A DNA stretch of 64,000 nt, taken from positions 64 through 64,063 of the forward strand of contig CANPVS010000013.1 of assembly GCA_947581795.1 (NCBI GenBank), written 5' to 3'. The position numbers and the translations under genes are program-made. This DNA comes from an uncultured Oscillospiraceae bacterium. Lineage in GTDB: Bacteria; Bacillota; Clostridia; Oscillospirales; Oscillospiraceae. Positions 10,572 through 21,172 of this stretch are shown here, one piece after another. The number at the start of each line of letters is the position of its first letter. Position 1 is the stretch's first letter. Below the pieces are notes generated by a model. It saw only the letters and a list, made by a program, of their open reading frames with translations. It was not told the DNA's origin and searched no databases.

Positions 10572-10966
10572 CCCAGACAGGCATTGTGAAAAAAATACTG
10601 GATAAGGGCATGGCGGATGTGGCCGTGGAGCGTGTCACCGCCTGCAGCCATTGCTCCGGGTGCGGCGAGTGCATTTACGGCAAGGAGATCCACGTGGAAG
10701 CCGAAAATAAGATATTCGCCAAGCCAGGGGAGAGGGTGGTCCTGGAGAGCAAGACCACGACCATCCTGGGCGTGACGCTGCTGGTGTATATGCTGCCGGT
10801 GGCCATGCTGTTCATAGGCTACGCCATCGGGGCGGCGCTCCATCTCGATCAGCAGAAGTGTATCATCGCAAGCGCTGTGGGCATCGCCATAGGCGTCGCT
10901 GTCTCCACGGAACTGGGCAAGCGCTTCAAGAAGATCGATTATTACATCACCGGCTATAAACGCTGA
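10568..10966 (+). CDS. RseC/MucC-family (SoxR-reducing system) membrane protein
   Basis: 132 aa. N-terminal Cys-containing OB-like part (CSHCSGCGEC) followed by two TM helices. Confidence 0.65.
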   Translation: MTQTGIVKKILDKGMADVAVERVTACSHCSGCGECIYGKEIHVEAENKIFAKPGERVVLESKTTTILGVTLLVYMLPVAMLFIGYAIGAALHLDQQKCIIASAVGIAIGVAVSTELGKRFKKIDYYITGYKR

Positions 10967-11853
10967 TGTACGGCTATGTCCGCCCGGTGAAGGGCGAACT
11001 GAAGGTATCGGAATTCGAGCGGTTTCGCGGCGTGTACTGCGGGCTGTGCCATGAGCTGGCCCGGCGGTACGGCTTCGCCGCCCGTTTTCTGGTGAACTAT
11101 GACTTCACCTTTCTGGCCATGCTCCTGGCCCAGCCGGGCCCGGCGGTCACCTGCCCCCGGCGCTGCCCGGCCCATCCGCTGAAAAAGACGGAGTGCCTCT
11201 CCGGCTGCGACAGCCTTGCCATGGCGGCGGATATGACCGTCATCCTGGGCTGGTGGAAGCTGGCCGACGGGGGAGAGGACAAATCCTTTCCGGCCAACTG
11301 GGGCTATAAAGCCGCCTGCGGCATACTGAAAGGCGCCTATAAAAAGGCGGCGGCACGACAGCCGGATTTTGCGGCTGCCACGGAGCGAAACCTCAGAGAG
11401 CTGCAGACCCTGGAAAAGGCCAAGTGCCCCAGCGTGGACGAGGCGGCGGACAAGTTCGCCCTCGTCCTCCGGGCCGTGGGCGCGGCTATTGACGGGGAGA
11501 AGGGACGTGTTCTTTCGGAGCTTCTCTATCACCTGGGCCGCATCATCTACATCCTGGACGCGGCGGACGATCTGGCCGAAGATATCAAAACGGACAGCTA
11601 CAACCCTCTGCGCTACCGGTTCCGGCCCACGGAGGAGGGGAAGCTGTCGGAAGAGGACCAGCGGACCATCCGCGTCAGCTTACAGCACTCTCACAACGCC
11701 CTGTCCGGGGCATACGCTCTCCTGGGCGAGAATATTTATTCAGGCATTCTCTCCAACACCATATACCTAGGCCTTCCGGCGGCGACCCAGGCGGTGTTTT
11801 CCGGCACGTGGAAGACGAACGGAAGAATACAAAGAGAACGGAGCATATCATGA
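10966..11853 (+). CDS. DUF5685-like protein
   Basis: [32 protein letters not shown]-terminus is typical of this family, as I recall it. Confidence 0.55.
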   Translation: MYGYVRPVKGELKVSEFERFRGVYCGLCHELARRYGFAARFLVNYDFTFLAMLLAQPGPAVTCPRRCPAHPLKKTECLSGCDSLAMAADMTVILGWWKLADGGEDKSFPANWGYKAACGILKGAYKKAAARQPDFAAATERNLRELQTLEKAKCPSVDEAADKFALVLRAVGAAIDGEKGRVLSELLYHLGRIIYILDAADDLAEDIKTDSYNPLRYRFRPTEEGKLSEEDQRTIRVSLQHSHNALSGAYALLGENIYSGILSNTIYLGLPAATQAVFSGTWKTNGRIQRERSIS

Positions 11854-12491
11854 ACGATCCATACAGCGTACTGGGCGTGTCGCCCTCTGCCAGCGACGAC
11901 GAGGTCAAGAAGGCCTACAGGGACCTGGCCCGGAAATACCATCCGGACAACTACCACGATAACCCCCTGGCGGACCTGGCCTCCGAGAAGATGAAGGAGA
12001 TCAACGAGGCCTACGACGCCATCACCAAGAGCCGGGAGCAGAGCGGCTCCTCCGGTTCGGGCGGATACGGCTATGCCTACCAGAGCCAGGCCCGGCAGCA
12101 ATCCACCGGCTCCAACGCCCAATATGTGCAGATACGAAACCTCATCAACGCCAACAACCTGGCCCAGGCCGAGGCCATGCTGAACGCTATCCCCACCCAC
12201 GACGCGGAGTGGTACTACCTGATGGGCAGCGTGTGCTGGCGCAAGGGCTGGATGGACCAGGCGGGCCAGTATTTCCGCACCGCCTCCACCATGGAGCCCG
12301 GCAACGTGGAGTACCGCAACGCCGTCCAGTACATGAACCAGGGCGGCCAGGCCTACCGCCCCGCCGGCGCGGGCATGGGCGACATGATGGGCGGCGACGC
12401 TGCCTGCAATCTGTGCCAGAACCTGATCTGCGCGGACTGCTGCTGCGAGATGTTCGGTGGGAACCTGATCCCCTGCATAGGCTGCCGGTAA
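11850..12491 (+). CDS. J-domain protein with Cys-rich C-terminus
   Basis: [32 protein letters not shown]-domain. Tail is [27 protein letters not shown]. The ATG overlaps the upstream stop codon. Confidence 0.8.
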   Translation: MNDPYSVLGVSPSASDDEVKKAYRDLARKYHPDNYHDNPLADLASEKMKEINEAYDAITKSREQSGSSGSGGYGYAYQSQARQQSTGSNAQYVQIRNLINANNLAQAEAMLNAIPTHDAEWYYLMGSVCWRKGWMDQAGQYFRTASTMEPGNVEYRNAVQYMNQGGQAYRPAGAGMGDMMGGDAACNLCQNLICADCCCEMFGGNLIPCIGCR

Positions 12492-12492
12492 G

Positions 12493-12996
12493 ATGAAAAG
12501 CGGAACAAAACGGCTGGCCCGGCTGGCCATTTTGACGGCCCTGGGTACGGTGCTGCTGGTATTGGGTTCGGTGCTGCCCGCGGGGCGGCTGGCGCTGGCG
12601 GCGGTCTCCAGTCTGGGCGTGTGCGTGGCCCTCATGATGTACGGGATCAAGTGGTCGCTGGTGGTGTTTTTGCTCACCACGGCCCTGGGCGCGCTGCTGT
12701 TTCCCGGCGCGTCAGTCATCATGTACGCGGCCTTTTTTGGATACTATCCCATTGCCAAAAGCCTTTTTGAGCGGCTGCACAAGCTGTGGCAGGTGTGGGC
12801 GTGCAAGTTCGCCCTCTATACCTTCGCCTTCGTCATCTATTGGCTGCTGGCCAGGGCGCTTTTCACCTTCCAGGGCGGCGAGCTGGGCTGGTACATACTC
12901 TATCCGCTGGGAGCGGTGGTGTTCTGGCTGTACGACCAGGCGTATTCCTCTCTCATACGGTTTTATATCGTGAAGATCGCGAGGTACTTTGAATGA
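12493..12996 (+). CDS. hypothetical integral membrane protein
   Basis: 167 aa with about 5 hydrophobic helices, packed between neighbouring genes. Confidence 0.5.
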   Translation: MKSGTKRLARLAILTALGTVLLVLGSVLPAGRLALAAVSSLGVCVALMMYGIKWSLVVFLLTTALGALLFPGASVIMYAAFFGYYPIAKSLFERLHKLWQVWACKFALYTFAFVIYWLLARALFTFQGGELGWYILYPLGAVVFWLYDQAYSSLIRFYIVKIARYFE

Positions 12997-13871
12997 TCAA
13001 GAGCATGACCGGTTACGGCGGGGCCAAGGGCGAGACAGACGCCATCGCCGTGACGGCGGAGCTGAAGAGCGTCAATAACCGGTATCTGGACGTATCCGTA
13101 CGCCTGCCCAAGAGCTGCCTGTTCGCCGAGGAGGCGGTGCGCGCCGCCGTGGCGGATACCATCAGTCGGGGCAAGGTGGATGTGTTCGTCACTGTTGACA
13201 CCTCCCGGGCGGAACAGGCCGTCATCCGGGTGAACGACAACCTGGCGGAAGCCTATCTGAAGGCCGTCCGGGACACGGCGGAAAAGTATGGTCTGGACGG
13301 GGAGGTGAGCGCACTCAGCTTGGTGCGGTTCCCCGAGGTCTTGTCTGCCGATAAGACCGATATCGGCCGGGACGCGGTGGCCGGCGCCATTTCGGCGGTG
13401 CTTCGGGAGGCCCTGGCGGAGTTTGACGCCATGCGCACCCGGGAAGGCGAGAAGCTCCGGGAGGACATCGAGGGCAAGCTGGATACCCTGGAAGCCATGG
13501 TCGCAGCGATCGAAGAGCGGTCACCCCAGACTGTGACGGAGTACAGGGAGAAGCTCCTGGCCCATATGAAAGAGGTCCTTGAAGGCGCGGCGGTGGACGA
13601 GAGCCGCATCCTTCAGGAGGCGGCCATTTACGCGGACAAGGTGGCTGTGGACGAGGAGATGGTCAGGCTGAAGAGCCACATCGCCCAGTTCCGGCTTTTG
13701 CTGGCCGCCGGTTCCCCCGTGGGACGGAAACTGGATTTTCTGGTTCAGGAGATGAACCGGGAGGCAAACACCACCGGTTCCAAGTGCGCGGACAGCGCCA
13801 TCGCCAAGACCGTCATCGACATGAAGGCGGAGCTGGAAAAGATCCGCGAGCAGATACAGAACATGGAGTGA
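12993..13871 (+). CDS. yicC: YicC-family stress-induced protein
   Basis: MTGYG start, KSVNNRYLD motif and C-terminal REANT motif. 292 aa. Confidence 0.85.
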   Translation: MIKSMTGYGGAKGETDAIAVTAELKSVNNRYLDVSVRLPKSCLFAEEAVRAAVADTISRGKVDVFVTVDTSRAEQAVIRVNDNLAEAYLKAVRDTAEKYGLDGEVSALSLVRFPEVLSADKTDIGRDAVAGAISAVLREALAEFDAMRTREGEKLREDIEGKLDTLEAMVAAIEERSPQTVTEYREKLLAHMKEVLEGAAVDESRILQEAAIYADKVAVDEEMVRLKSHIAQFRLLLAAGSPVGRKLDFLVQEMNREANTTGSKCADSAIAKTVIDMKAELEKIREQIQNME

Positions 13872-13876
13872 GTCCT

Positions 13877-14134
13877 ATGGAGTTCGTCAGTATCGGATTT
13901 GGCAGCTTTGTAGCCGCCGGAAAGATCGTGGCGGCGGTGGCGCCGGAGTCGAACCCCATCAAGCGGGTCATATCCCAGGCTCGGGAGGCGGGCCGTCTGG
14001 TGGACGCCACCTATGGCCGAAAGACCGAGGCCGTGCTCATCATGTCCAGCGGCCACGTGATCCTGTCGCCTGTCGCCCCCGGCGAAGTGGCCGGTCGGGC
14101 GGCCGGGCAGGAGGGAGGCGCTGAAAATGGCTGA
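13877..14134 (+). CDS. remA: RemA/DUF370 family regulator
   Basis: [30 protein letters not shown] and DATYGRKT motifs. Confidence 0.8.
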   Translation: MEFVSIGFGSFVAAGKIVAAVAPESNPIKRVISQAREAGRLVDATYGRKTEAVLIMSSGHVILSPVAPGEVAGRAAGQEGGAENG

Positions 14135-14738
14135 AAAGGGACTTCTTGTCGTTATATCCGGCCCCTCCGGCGCCGGAAAGAGCACCGTCATTTCAGAGCT
14201 TATGAAGCTGCGGAGCGACATCCGCTTTTCTGTTTCCGCCACCACCCGGGCTCCCCGGCCCTTTGAGGAAGACGGCCTGCACTATTATTTCCGCACTCAC
14301 GAGGAATTCGCCCGCATGATCAAAGAGGGAGAGTTCCTGGAATACGCCGAATATGTGGGAAATTACTACGGTACGCCCGCCGGGCCGGTGAATGAACATA
14401 TGGCGGAAGGGTGGAACGTGCTGCTGGACATCGAGGTCCAGGGCGCGGCCCAGGTCATGGCCAAGCGGCCCGACGCCGTGAGCATTTTCATGGCGCCGCC
14501 CAGCTTTGAGGAGCTGGAGCGCCGTCTCCGCGGCCGGGCTACCGACGCCGAGGAGAAGATCCTGGGCCGACTGGAGACCGCGAGGCTGGAGTGCTCTCAA
14601 GCTAAAAACTATGCCTACATCGTCGTCAATGACGACGCGGAGATCGCCGCCAGGAAGCTGGACGCCATCATCACTGCGGAGCGCTGCCGCAGCGGCCGAA
14701 AACTGGAATCTATCGCAGAAGGAGATTTTCTATTATGA
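14127..14738 (+). CDS. gmk: guanylate kinase
   Basis: [10 protein letters not shown]-loop and YYFRTHEEF motif. 203 aa. Confidence 0.92.
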   Translation: MAEKGLLVVISGPSGAGKSTVISELMKLRSDIRFSVSATTRAPRPFEEDGLHYYFRTHEEFARMIKEGEFLEYAEYVGNYYGTPAGPVNEHMAEGWNVLLDIEVQGAAQVMAKRPDAVSIFMAPPSFEELERRLRGRATDAEEKILGRLETARLECSQAKNYAYIVVNDDAEIAARKLDAIITAERCRSGRKLESIAEGDFLL

Positions 14739-14950
14739 TGCTCTATCCCCCCGTAGCCGATCTGGTGGACAAGGTCGGCAGCCGTTACGCCCTCATCAAT
14801 CTCGTGGCCAAGCGGGCCCGGGCCATCTCTGCCGAGGCGGAGGCCGACGGCCAGTCCCTGACGAAAAAGCCCGTTTCCGCCGCCATCGACGAGGTCTATA
14901 CCGGCAAGCTCACCATCAACGCGGCCGACGGGACCGACAGCGAGCAGTAA
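14735..14950 (+). CDS. rpoZ: DNA-directed RNA polymerase subunit omega
   Basis: 71 aa with SRYALINLVAKRARAI. Conserved gmk-rpoZ order. Confidence 0.85.
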   Translation: MMLYPPVADLVDKVGSRYALINLVAKRARAISAEAEADGQSLTKKPVSAAIDEVYTGKLTINAADGTDSEQ

Positions 14951-14983
14951 GCGCGCTGTCTTTCAGCACGATTGGACGTTTCG

Positions 14984-17437
14984 ATGAGCGGTATGACGGC
15001 CCGGATCGCCGTGGCGGACGTGACCTATTGGGTTGACCGTCCTTACACCTATGCCGTGCCACCACAGCTGGCGGCGAAGGTGAAGCCCGGCGTGCGGGTA
15101 GCTGTTCCCTTTGGGGGCAGCCGTCCCCGTGAGGGCGTGGTGCTGGCCCTGGGCGGCCAGATCGACAAGAAGCTCAAAAACGTCCTGGAGGTGCTGGACG
15201 AGGAGCCCCTTTTGAGCGAGACACAGCTCAAACTGGCCCTCTGGATGCGGGAGCGGTTTTTCTGCACGGTCATGGACGCGGTGCGGGCCATGCTCCCGGC
15301 GGGGCTCTGGTACAACGTCTGGCCCGTCTATTTGCTGGGGGAGGGCATAGAGCCCTCCGCCGCCTATGAAAAGGCGCATGGCGCCGGCGAAAAGCTGGTG
15401 CTGGACGCGGTCATCGGCCACGGCGGCCGCTGTGAGCTGGCAGACATCGAGGCCGTGTTCGGCCAGAAGAATCCCGGGCCTGCCCTGGCGTCCCTGGTGA
15501 AAAAGGGCGTTCTGAGGGCTGAAGCCGGCGCCTCCCGCCGGGTCTCCGACAGGACCATCCTCCAGGCGGAGCTTACCGTGTCCCCGGAGGAGGCCCGGGC
15601 GGTGGCGGAAAAGAATGTCCGAGCCGTGCGCCAGAGCGCCGTGCTGCGCCTTTTGGCCGATCTGGGCCGGGCAAGTGTGGCGGACATCTGCTACTTCACC
15701 GGCGCGGGCCGCGACGCGATCAAAAGGCTGGAAGAGAAAGGGCTCGTGACCACCTCCCGCCGGGAGGTATATCGCCGGCCGGACTACGACGGCGGCGAGG
15801 AGGGCGGAAAGCCCTTGCCTCAGCTCAATCCCGAGCAGAAGGCCGCTTTTGAGGGCATTTTGGCCTTGGCGGATGGAAAAGAGGCACGGGCGGTGCTGCT
15901 GTTCGGCGTCACCGGAAGCGGCAAGACCACCATCTACATCCATCTCATCCACCAGATGCTTCTGCGGGGCAAGTCGGCCATCTTTCTGGTGCCCGAGATC
16001 GCCCTGACGCCCCAGATGCTCCAGACCTTTTCCTCCCACTTCGGCGACAAGATCGCCGTGCTCCACTCGTCTCTTTCCATGGGCGAGCGGTATGACGAGT
16101 ATAAGCGCATCCGCGCCGGGGACGCCCGTGTGGTCATCGGCACCCGCAGCGCCGTGTTTGCGCCTGTGTCCGACTTGGGTATCATCATCATGGATGAGGA
16201 GCAGGAGGATACCTACAAATCTGAGAACAGCCCCCGCTACCATGCCCGGGACGTGGCGAAGTTCCTCTGCGCCCGGTCCAAGGCGGCCCTGGTGCTGGGC
16301 AGCGCTACGCCGGATGTGTGCAGCCGGTACTACGCCGAGACGGGGCGGTATGCCCTTTTTGAGCTTCCCCATCGCTACAACGCCATGCAGCTGCCCCAGG
16401 TGCGGATCGCGGACATGAAAAAAGAGCTGCGGGCCGGCAACGGCACCAGCATCTCGTCACTGCTGCGGCAGGAGCTGCAGGAGAACATCGACCGTGGTGA
16501 GCAGTCCATCCTCTTTTTGAACCGCCGGGGCGCCAGCAAAGTGGTGGCCTGCGGGGAGTGCGGATACACTTATAAGTGTCCCAACTGCACCGCGTCGCTG
16601 ACTTACCACAGCGTGGGCAACCGGCTCATGTGCCACTACTGCGGCCATGTCCAGCGGCTGGACGCCGCTTGCCCCCAGTGCGGCGGCAAGCTCACCTTTA
16701 CCGGCGCGGGGACCCAGAAGGTGGTGGAGGAGCTGGCCGAACTCTTTCCCGGTGTTCCGGTCCTGCGCATGGATACGGACGCTGTGGCCCCGGTGGGGAG
16801 CCATCGGGCGCTGTTCGAGCAGTTCCGGGCCCAGCGCATCCCCATTTTAGTGGGTACGCAAATGGTGACCAAGGGGCTCAACTTTGAAAATGTGACGCTG
16901 GTTGGCGTTTTATCCGCCGACCAAAGCCTGTACAGCAGCGACCACCGGGCGGGGGAGCGGACCTTCTCCCTCATCACCCAGGTCATTGGCCGGAGCGGCC
17001 GGTTTGAAAAGCCAGGCCGTGCGGTAATCCAGACCTTCACCCCGGAAAATCAGATCATCCGGCAAGCCGCGCGCCAGGACTACGACGGCTTTTACGAGGG
17101 TGAGATAGGGCTCCGGCGGCTCACGGGCGCGCCGCCCTTTTCCGAGCTCTATGTGCTCACGGCCTCAGGAAACGACGAGCACGAGGTGCTTCGCTGCTGC
17201 GCCGATATTCGGGAGGAGATGGCGCGGCTCACGAAGGATATGTCCGAGGCAAGGGTTCTTGGCCCCGCGCCGCTGCCGGTGGCGAAGGTGAACGGCGCCT
17301 GGCGCTACCGGGTGACGGTGAAGAGCCCCGCATCCAAAGAGATACGGGCCGCGGTAGGTCGGGTCCTGCTGCTTGCCAACGACGGCAAACGATATAAGGG
17401 CGTGTCCGTGTACGCGGACTTCGACCCCTTGGACTGA
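14984..17437 (+). CDS. priA: primosomal replication protein N' (helicase PriA)
   Basis: GVTGSGKT Walker A, DEEQE box and Zn-binding CxxC pairs (CGECG..CPNC..CHYCG..CPQCG). Start is uncertain (TTG 14972, ATG 14984 or ATG 14993). Confidence 0.9.
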   Translation: MSGMTARIAVADVTYWVDRPYTYAVPPQLAAKVKPGVRVAVPFGGSRPREGVVLALGGQIDKKLKNVLEVLDEEPLLSETQLKLALWMRERFFCTVMDAVRAMLPAGLWYNVWPVYLLGEGIEPSAAYEKAHGAGEKLVLDAVIGHGGRCELADIEAVFGQKNPGPALASLVKKGVLRAEAGASRRVSDRTILQAELTVSPEEARAVAEKNVRAVRQSAVLRLLADLGRASVADICYFTGAGRDAIKRLEEKGLVTTSRREVYRRPDYDGGEEGGKPLPQLNPEQKAAFEGILALADGKEARAVLLFGVTGSGKTTIYIHLIHQMLLRGKSAIFLVPEIALTPQMLQTFSSHFGDKIAVLHSSLSMGERYDEYKRIRAGDARVVIGTRSAVFAPVSDLGIIIMDEEQEDTYKSENSPRYHARDVAKFLCARSKAALVLGSATPDVCSRYYAETGRYALFELPHRYNAMQLPQVRIADMKKELRAGNGTSISSLLRQELQENIDRGEQSILFLNRRGASKVVACGECGYTYKCPNCTASLTYHSVGNRLMCHYCGHVQRLDAACPQCGGKLTFTGAGTQKVVEELAELFPGVPVLRMDTDAVAPVGSHRALFEQFRAQRIPILVGTQMVTKGLNFENVTLVGVLSADQSLYSSDHRAGERTFSLITQVIGRSGRFEKPGRAVIQTFTPENQIIRQAARQDYDGFYEGEIGLRRLTGAPPFSELYVLTASGNDEHEVLRCCADIREEMARLTKDMSEARVLGPAPLPVAKVNGAWRYRVTVKSPASKEIRAAVGRVLLLANDGKRYKGVSVYADFDPLD

Positions 17438-17455
17438 CAGTTAGGAGATCATTTT

Positions 17456-17992
17456 ATGGCTCTGCGCAACATCTTGAAGCAGGGGGACGAGACCCTCACC
17501 AAGCGCTGCCGTCCCGTTACGGACTTCAACGAGCGGCTGCATACTCTCCTGGACGACATGGCCGAGACCATGACCGAGGCCAACGGCGTAGGCCTGGCCG
17601 CGCCCCAGGTGGGCATCCTCCGCCGGGCGGTGGTGGTCCTGGAGACCAACGTGCCCGAGGGAGAGCCGGAGCGCGTCATTGAGCTGGTGAACCCTGAGAT
17701 ATTGGAATCCTCCGGCGAGCAGACCGGCCCGGAAGGGTGCCTGTCCGTGCCGGGAGATTTCGGCATGGTGACCAGGCCCGATCATGTGAAGGTGAGAGCC
17801 CAGGACCGGGACGGAAACTGGTTCGAGATAGAGGGCGTGGACCTGACCGCAAGGGCGTTCTGCCATGAGATCGACCACCTGGACGGACATATGTTCACAG
17901 AGCTGTGCGACCACATCCTGACGGACGAGGAGCTGTCGGATTACTATGCCGCCCAGCAGGAAGAGCAGGACGGCGGGGAGACCGGCCAATGA
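17456..17992 (+). CDS. def: peptide deformylase
   Basis: GVGLAAPQVG, EGCLSVPG and HEIDHLDG motifs. Confidence 0.93.
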   Translation: MALRNILKQGDETLTKRCRPVTDFNERLHTLLDDMAETMTEANGVGLAAPQVGILRRAVVVLETNVPEGEPERVIELVNPEILESSGEQTGPEGCLSVPGDFGMVTRPDHVKVRAQDRDGNWFEIEGVDLTARAFCHEIDHLDGHMFTELCDHILTDEELSDYYAAQQEEQDGGETGQ

Positions 17993-18906
17993 GAGTCGTA
18001 TTCATGGGCACGCCGGACTTCGCCGCCTGCTCTCTGGAAAAACTCCTGTCGGAGGGGTTCGACGTGGCCGCCGTGTTCTGCCAGCCGGACAAGCCCCGGG
18101 ACCGGGGACACAAACTGGTCCCCTGCGCCGTGAAACAGACGGCCCAGGCGGCGGGCATCCCTGTGTACCAGCCGGAAAAACTCCGGGACGGCACGGCCCT
18201 TGCCATATTAAATGAGCTGGCCCCGGATATCATCGTGGTGGTGGCCTACGGGCGCATCATCCCAGATGACATCCTGGCCCTGCCCAAGTACGGCTGTATC
18301 AACGTCCACGGCTCGCTCCTGCCCAAGTATCGGGGCAGCGCCCCCATCCAGCGGGCGGTGCTGAACGGCGACGACGTCACCGGCGTCACCACCATGTACC
18401 TTTCCACCGGCATGGACGAGGGGGATATGATATACACCGCGGAGACAGCTATCGGCGACACTGAGACCAGCGGCGATCTCTTCGACCGGCTGGCCCCTCT
18501 GGGCGCGGAGCTGCTCATAAAAACGCTCCGGGATATCGAGGCCGGTACGGCGCCCCGCATCCCCCAGGACGGGAGCAAGGCCACCTACGCGCCACCTCTG
18601 AGCAAAGAGGAGTCTCCTGTAGACTGGGCCAAGCCGGCCCGGATGGTGCTCAAGCACATATATGGTATGCAGCCCTGGCCCTGCGCCACGGCGGAGCTGG
18701 GCGGCACAGCCTTCAAGCTCTTTGCCGGCGAGGCGACGGAAAGGCATTCCGATAGAGCGCCGGGCACAGTCCTTTCCGCCGGAAAGTCGGGCATCGAGGT
18801 GGCCTGCGGCGGGGGAGAGACCCTGCTCATCACCGAACTGCAGGCTGCGGGCGGCAAGCGTATGGCGGCGGGCGCATGGCTCCTGGGCCACCCCATGGAG
18901 GTCTGA
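17989..18906 (+). CDS. fmt: methionyl-tRNA formyltransferase
   Basis: MRVVFMGTPDFA start and HGSLLPKYRGSAPIQ motif. The ORF-track start at 17905 overlaps def and is rejected. Confidence 0.9.
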   Translation: MRVVFMGTPDFAACSLEKLLSEGFDVAAVFCQPDKPRDRGHKLVPCAVKQTAQAAGIPVYQPEKLRDGTALAILNELAPDIIVVVAYGRIIPDDILALPKYGCINVHGSLLPKYRGSAPIQRAVLNGDDVTGVTTMYLSTGMDEGDMIYTAETAIGDTETSGDLFDRLAPLGAELLIKTLRDIEAGTAPRIPQDGSKATYAPPLSKEESPVDWAKPARMVLKHIYGMQPWPCATAELGGTAFKLFAGEATERHSDRAPGTVLSAGKSGIEVACGGGETLLITELQAAGGKRMAAGAWLLGHPMEV

Positions 18907-18908
18907 CC

Positions 18909-20156
18909 ATGCCCAGGAGAACGGCGCTGGAAGCTCTGGAGCGCTTTCGACGGGATTCCGCCTGGAGCCGCCAGGTCATGGAGGGCCTGGCGGAGAAAAA
19001 TCGCCTGTCCGGCCGGGACAGAGCTTTGGCGGCGCGGCTGTTTTACGGCGTGCTCCAGAACATGGCCCTGTGCGACTACTACATCGGCTGCTACGCCAGG
19101 GGAAAGCTGGAGCCCAAGGTGCGGGACATCCTGCGGCTGGGCGTCTATCAACTCCTCTTCATGGACAAAATACCGCCCAGAGCTGCAGTGGACGAGGCTG
19201 TACGCCTCTGCCGGAACCTTGGCTATGCCCGGGCATCTGGCCTTGTGAACGCGGTTCTGCGGCGGATAGGGGATAATAGAGATGACCTGCCTGCGATCCC
19301 CGGCGAGGGGACAGCGGAGTATCTCTCCATTCGCTGGAGCCACCCCAGATGGCTGGTGGAAGAGCTCATGGCCCTGCGGGGCTATGAGGGCGCGGAGGCT
19401 GTGTTAACAGCCGACAACGCCGAGCCGCCTGTGTACGTGCAGGTCAACACCTGCCGGACCACAAAGGACGAGCTCAAAGCCATGCTGGACCTCACCGAGA
19501 CGCCCGCGGGCCTGATCCTCAGCCGGGCGGGGGACTTCACCTCCACGGAGGCATTTCAAAAGGGCCTTTTCTATGTGCAGGACCCGGCAGCCCACGCCGT
19601 GGTGGAGGCCGCGGAGCTGAAGCCCGGTATGCGGGTGCTGGACGCCTGCGCCGCCCCCGGCGGCAAGAGCTTCGCCGCCGCCATTGCCATGGGAAATGAG
19701 GGTTTCGTCACGGCAAGGGACATTCTGGCCAAGAAACTGGCCCTGGTTGCGGAGGGCGCGGGGCGGCTGGGCCTTTCCTGCATCGAGTGCGTGCCCGGCG
19801 ACGCCCGGGACATCGACGGCGGGGACTATGACGTTGTGTTCGCGGACCTTCCCTGCAGCGGCCTCGGCGTCATTCGCAAGAAACCGGACATCCGCTACCG
19901 TGACCCTGTGGAACTGGACAGGCTCCCGGAGCTCCAGGAGGAGCTTCTGGACCATATCGCCTCGGCGGTGCGCCCCAGCGGAAAGCTCATCTACTCCACC
20001 TGCACCTGGCGGGAGAGGGAGAACGGCGCGGTGGCGGAGGCGTTTTTGCGGGCGCATCCCCAATTCACCAAGACCCTGGAACGGACCTTCTGGCCGGACC
20101 GGGACGGAACGGACGGGTTTTATCTATGCCGGATGGAGCGGTCAAACGAGATATAA
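18909..20156 (+). CDS. rsmB: 16S rRNA (cytosine967-C5)-methyltransferase
   Basis: NusB-like N-terminal domain, SAM motif DACAAPGGKS and catalytic DLPCSGLG / YSTCT motifs. Confidence 0.85.
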   Translation: MPRRTALEALERFRRDSAWSRQVMEGLAEKNRLSGRDRALAARLFYGVLQNMALCDYYIGCYARGKLEPKVRDILRLGVYQLLFMDKIPPRAAVDEAVRLCRNLGYARASGLVNAVLRRIGDNRDDLPAIPGEGTAEYLSIRWSHPRWLVEELMALRGYEGAEAVLTADNAEPPVYVQVNTCRTTKDELKAMLDLTETPAGLILSRAGDFTSTEAFQKGLFYVQDPAAHAVVEAAELKPGMRVLDACAAPGGKSFAAAIAMGNEGFVTARDILAKKLALVAEGAGRLGLSCIECVPGDARDIDGGDYDVVFADLPCSGLGVIRKKPDIRYRDPVELDRLPELQEELLDHIASAVRPSGKLIYSTCTWRERENGAVAEAFLRAHPQFTKTLERTFWPDRDGTDGFYLCRMERSNEI

Positions 20157-21172
20157 AGTCCATGCTCCCAGCGGAGATCGCCGCCGCGTTCAAGGACCTG
20201 GGCCTGCCAGGCTACCGGGCGGGACAGGTATTTCGTTGGCTGGGCCGGGGCGTCACCTCCTTTGAGGAGATGAGCGACCTGTCCAAAGACCTGCGCCAGC
20301 GGCTGGATGGCCTTTTCGCCATCCCGAGCCTCACCATGCTGCGCCGGCAGGTGTCGGCGAAGGACGGCACGGAGAAATATCTCTGGCAGCTGCCCGACGG
20401 TGAGAGCGTGGAGACGGTGTTCATGCGCTATAAGCACGGCAATACGGTTTGTATCTCCTCCCAGGTGGGCTGCCGCATGGGCTGCGCCTTCTGCGCCAGT
20501 ACCATCGGCGGAAAGGTCCGGGATCTGACCGCCTCGGAGATGCTGGATGAGGTGATCCGCACCGGCCTCGCCGCCGGAGATGAGGTCACCGGCATCGTGC
20601 TCATGGGCATAGGCGAGCCCCTGGACAACTACGACAACGTGATGCGGTTTCTCCAGCTGGTGAACGACCCGGAGGGCGCCAATATCGGCATGCGGCATAT
20701 ATCCCTCTCCACCTGCGGACTGGTGGAAGCGATTGACAAACTGGCCGCCTCCCGGTTACAATTGACATTGTCCGTATCCCTGCACGCGCCGGACGACGAG
20801 ACCCGCACCCGGCTCATGCCGGTGAACGCCCGCTACGGCGTGGACGCGGTGTTTGACGCCTGCGAGCGGTATTTTGCCGCCACGGGCCGGCGCATCTCCT
20901 TTGAATACGCCATGGTGAAGGACATAAACGACACGCCCCGCCACGCGGATCTGCTTGTAAAACATCTGCGTGGCACAGGATCCCATGTGAATCTCATTCG
21001 GCTGAACTACGTGTCTGAGAGGGGCTTACAGCCCTCTTCGGAGCAGACCGTCCGCGACTTCGTGAAGAGGCTGGAGGACGGCGGCGTCACCGTTACCGTG
21101 CGGCGGCGGCTGGGCAGCGACATCGACGCGGCATGCGGCCAGCTCCGCCGGGGACAGATGAGGAAGCAATGA
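20126..21172 (+). CDS. rlmN: 23S rRNA/tRNA (adenine-C2)-methyltransferase, radical SAM
   Basis: CRMGCAFCAS cluster and GIGEPLDN motif. Alternative start at 20162. Confidence 0.88.
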   Translation: MPDGAVKRDIKSMLPAEIAAAFKDLGLPGYRAGQVFRWLGRGVTSFEEMSDLSKDLRQRLDGLFAIPSLTMLRRQVSAKDGTEKYLWQLPDGESVETVFMRYKHGNTVCISSQVGCRMGCAFCASTIGGKVRDLTASEMLDEVIRTGLAAGDEVTGIVLMGIGEPLDNYDNVMRFLQLVNDPEGANIGMRHISLSTCGLVEAIDKLAASRLQLTLSVSLHAPDDETRTRLMPVNARYGVDAVFDACERYFAATGRRISFEYAMVKDINDTPRHADLLVKHLRGTGSHVNLIRLNYVSERGLQPSSEQTVRDFVKRLEDGGVTVTVRRRLGSDIDAACGQLRRGQMRKQ

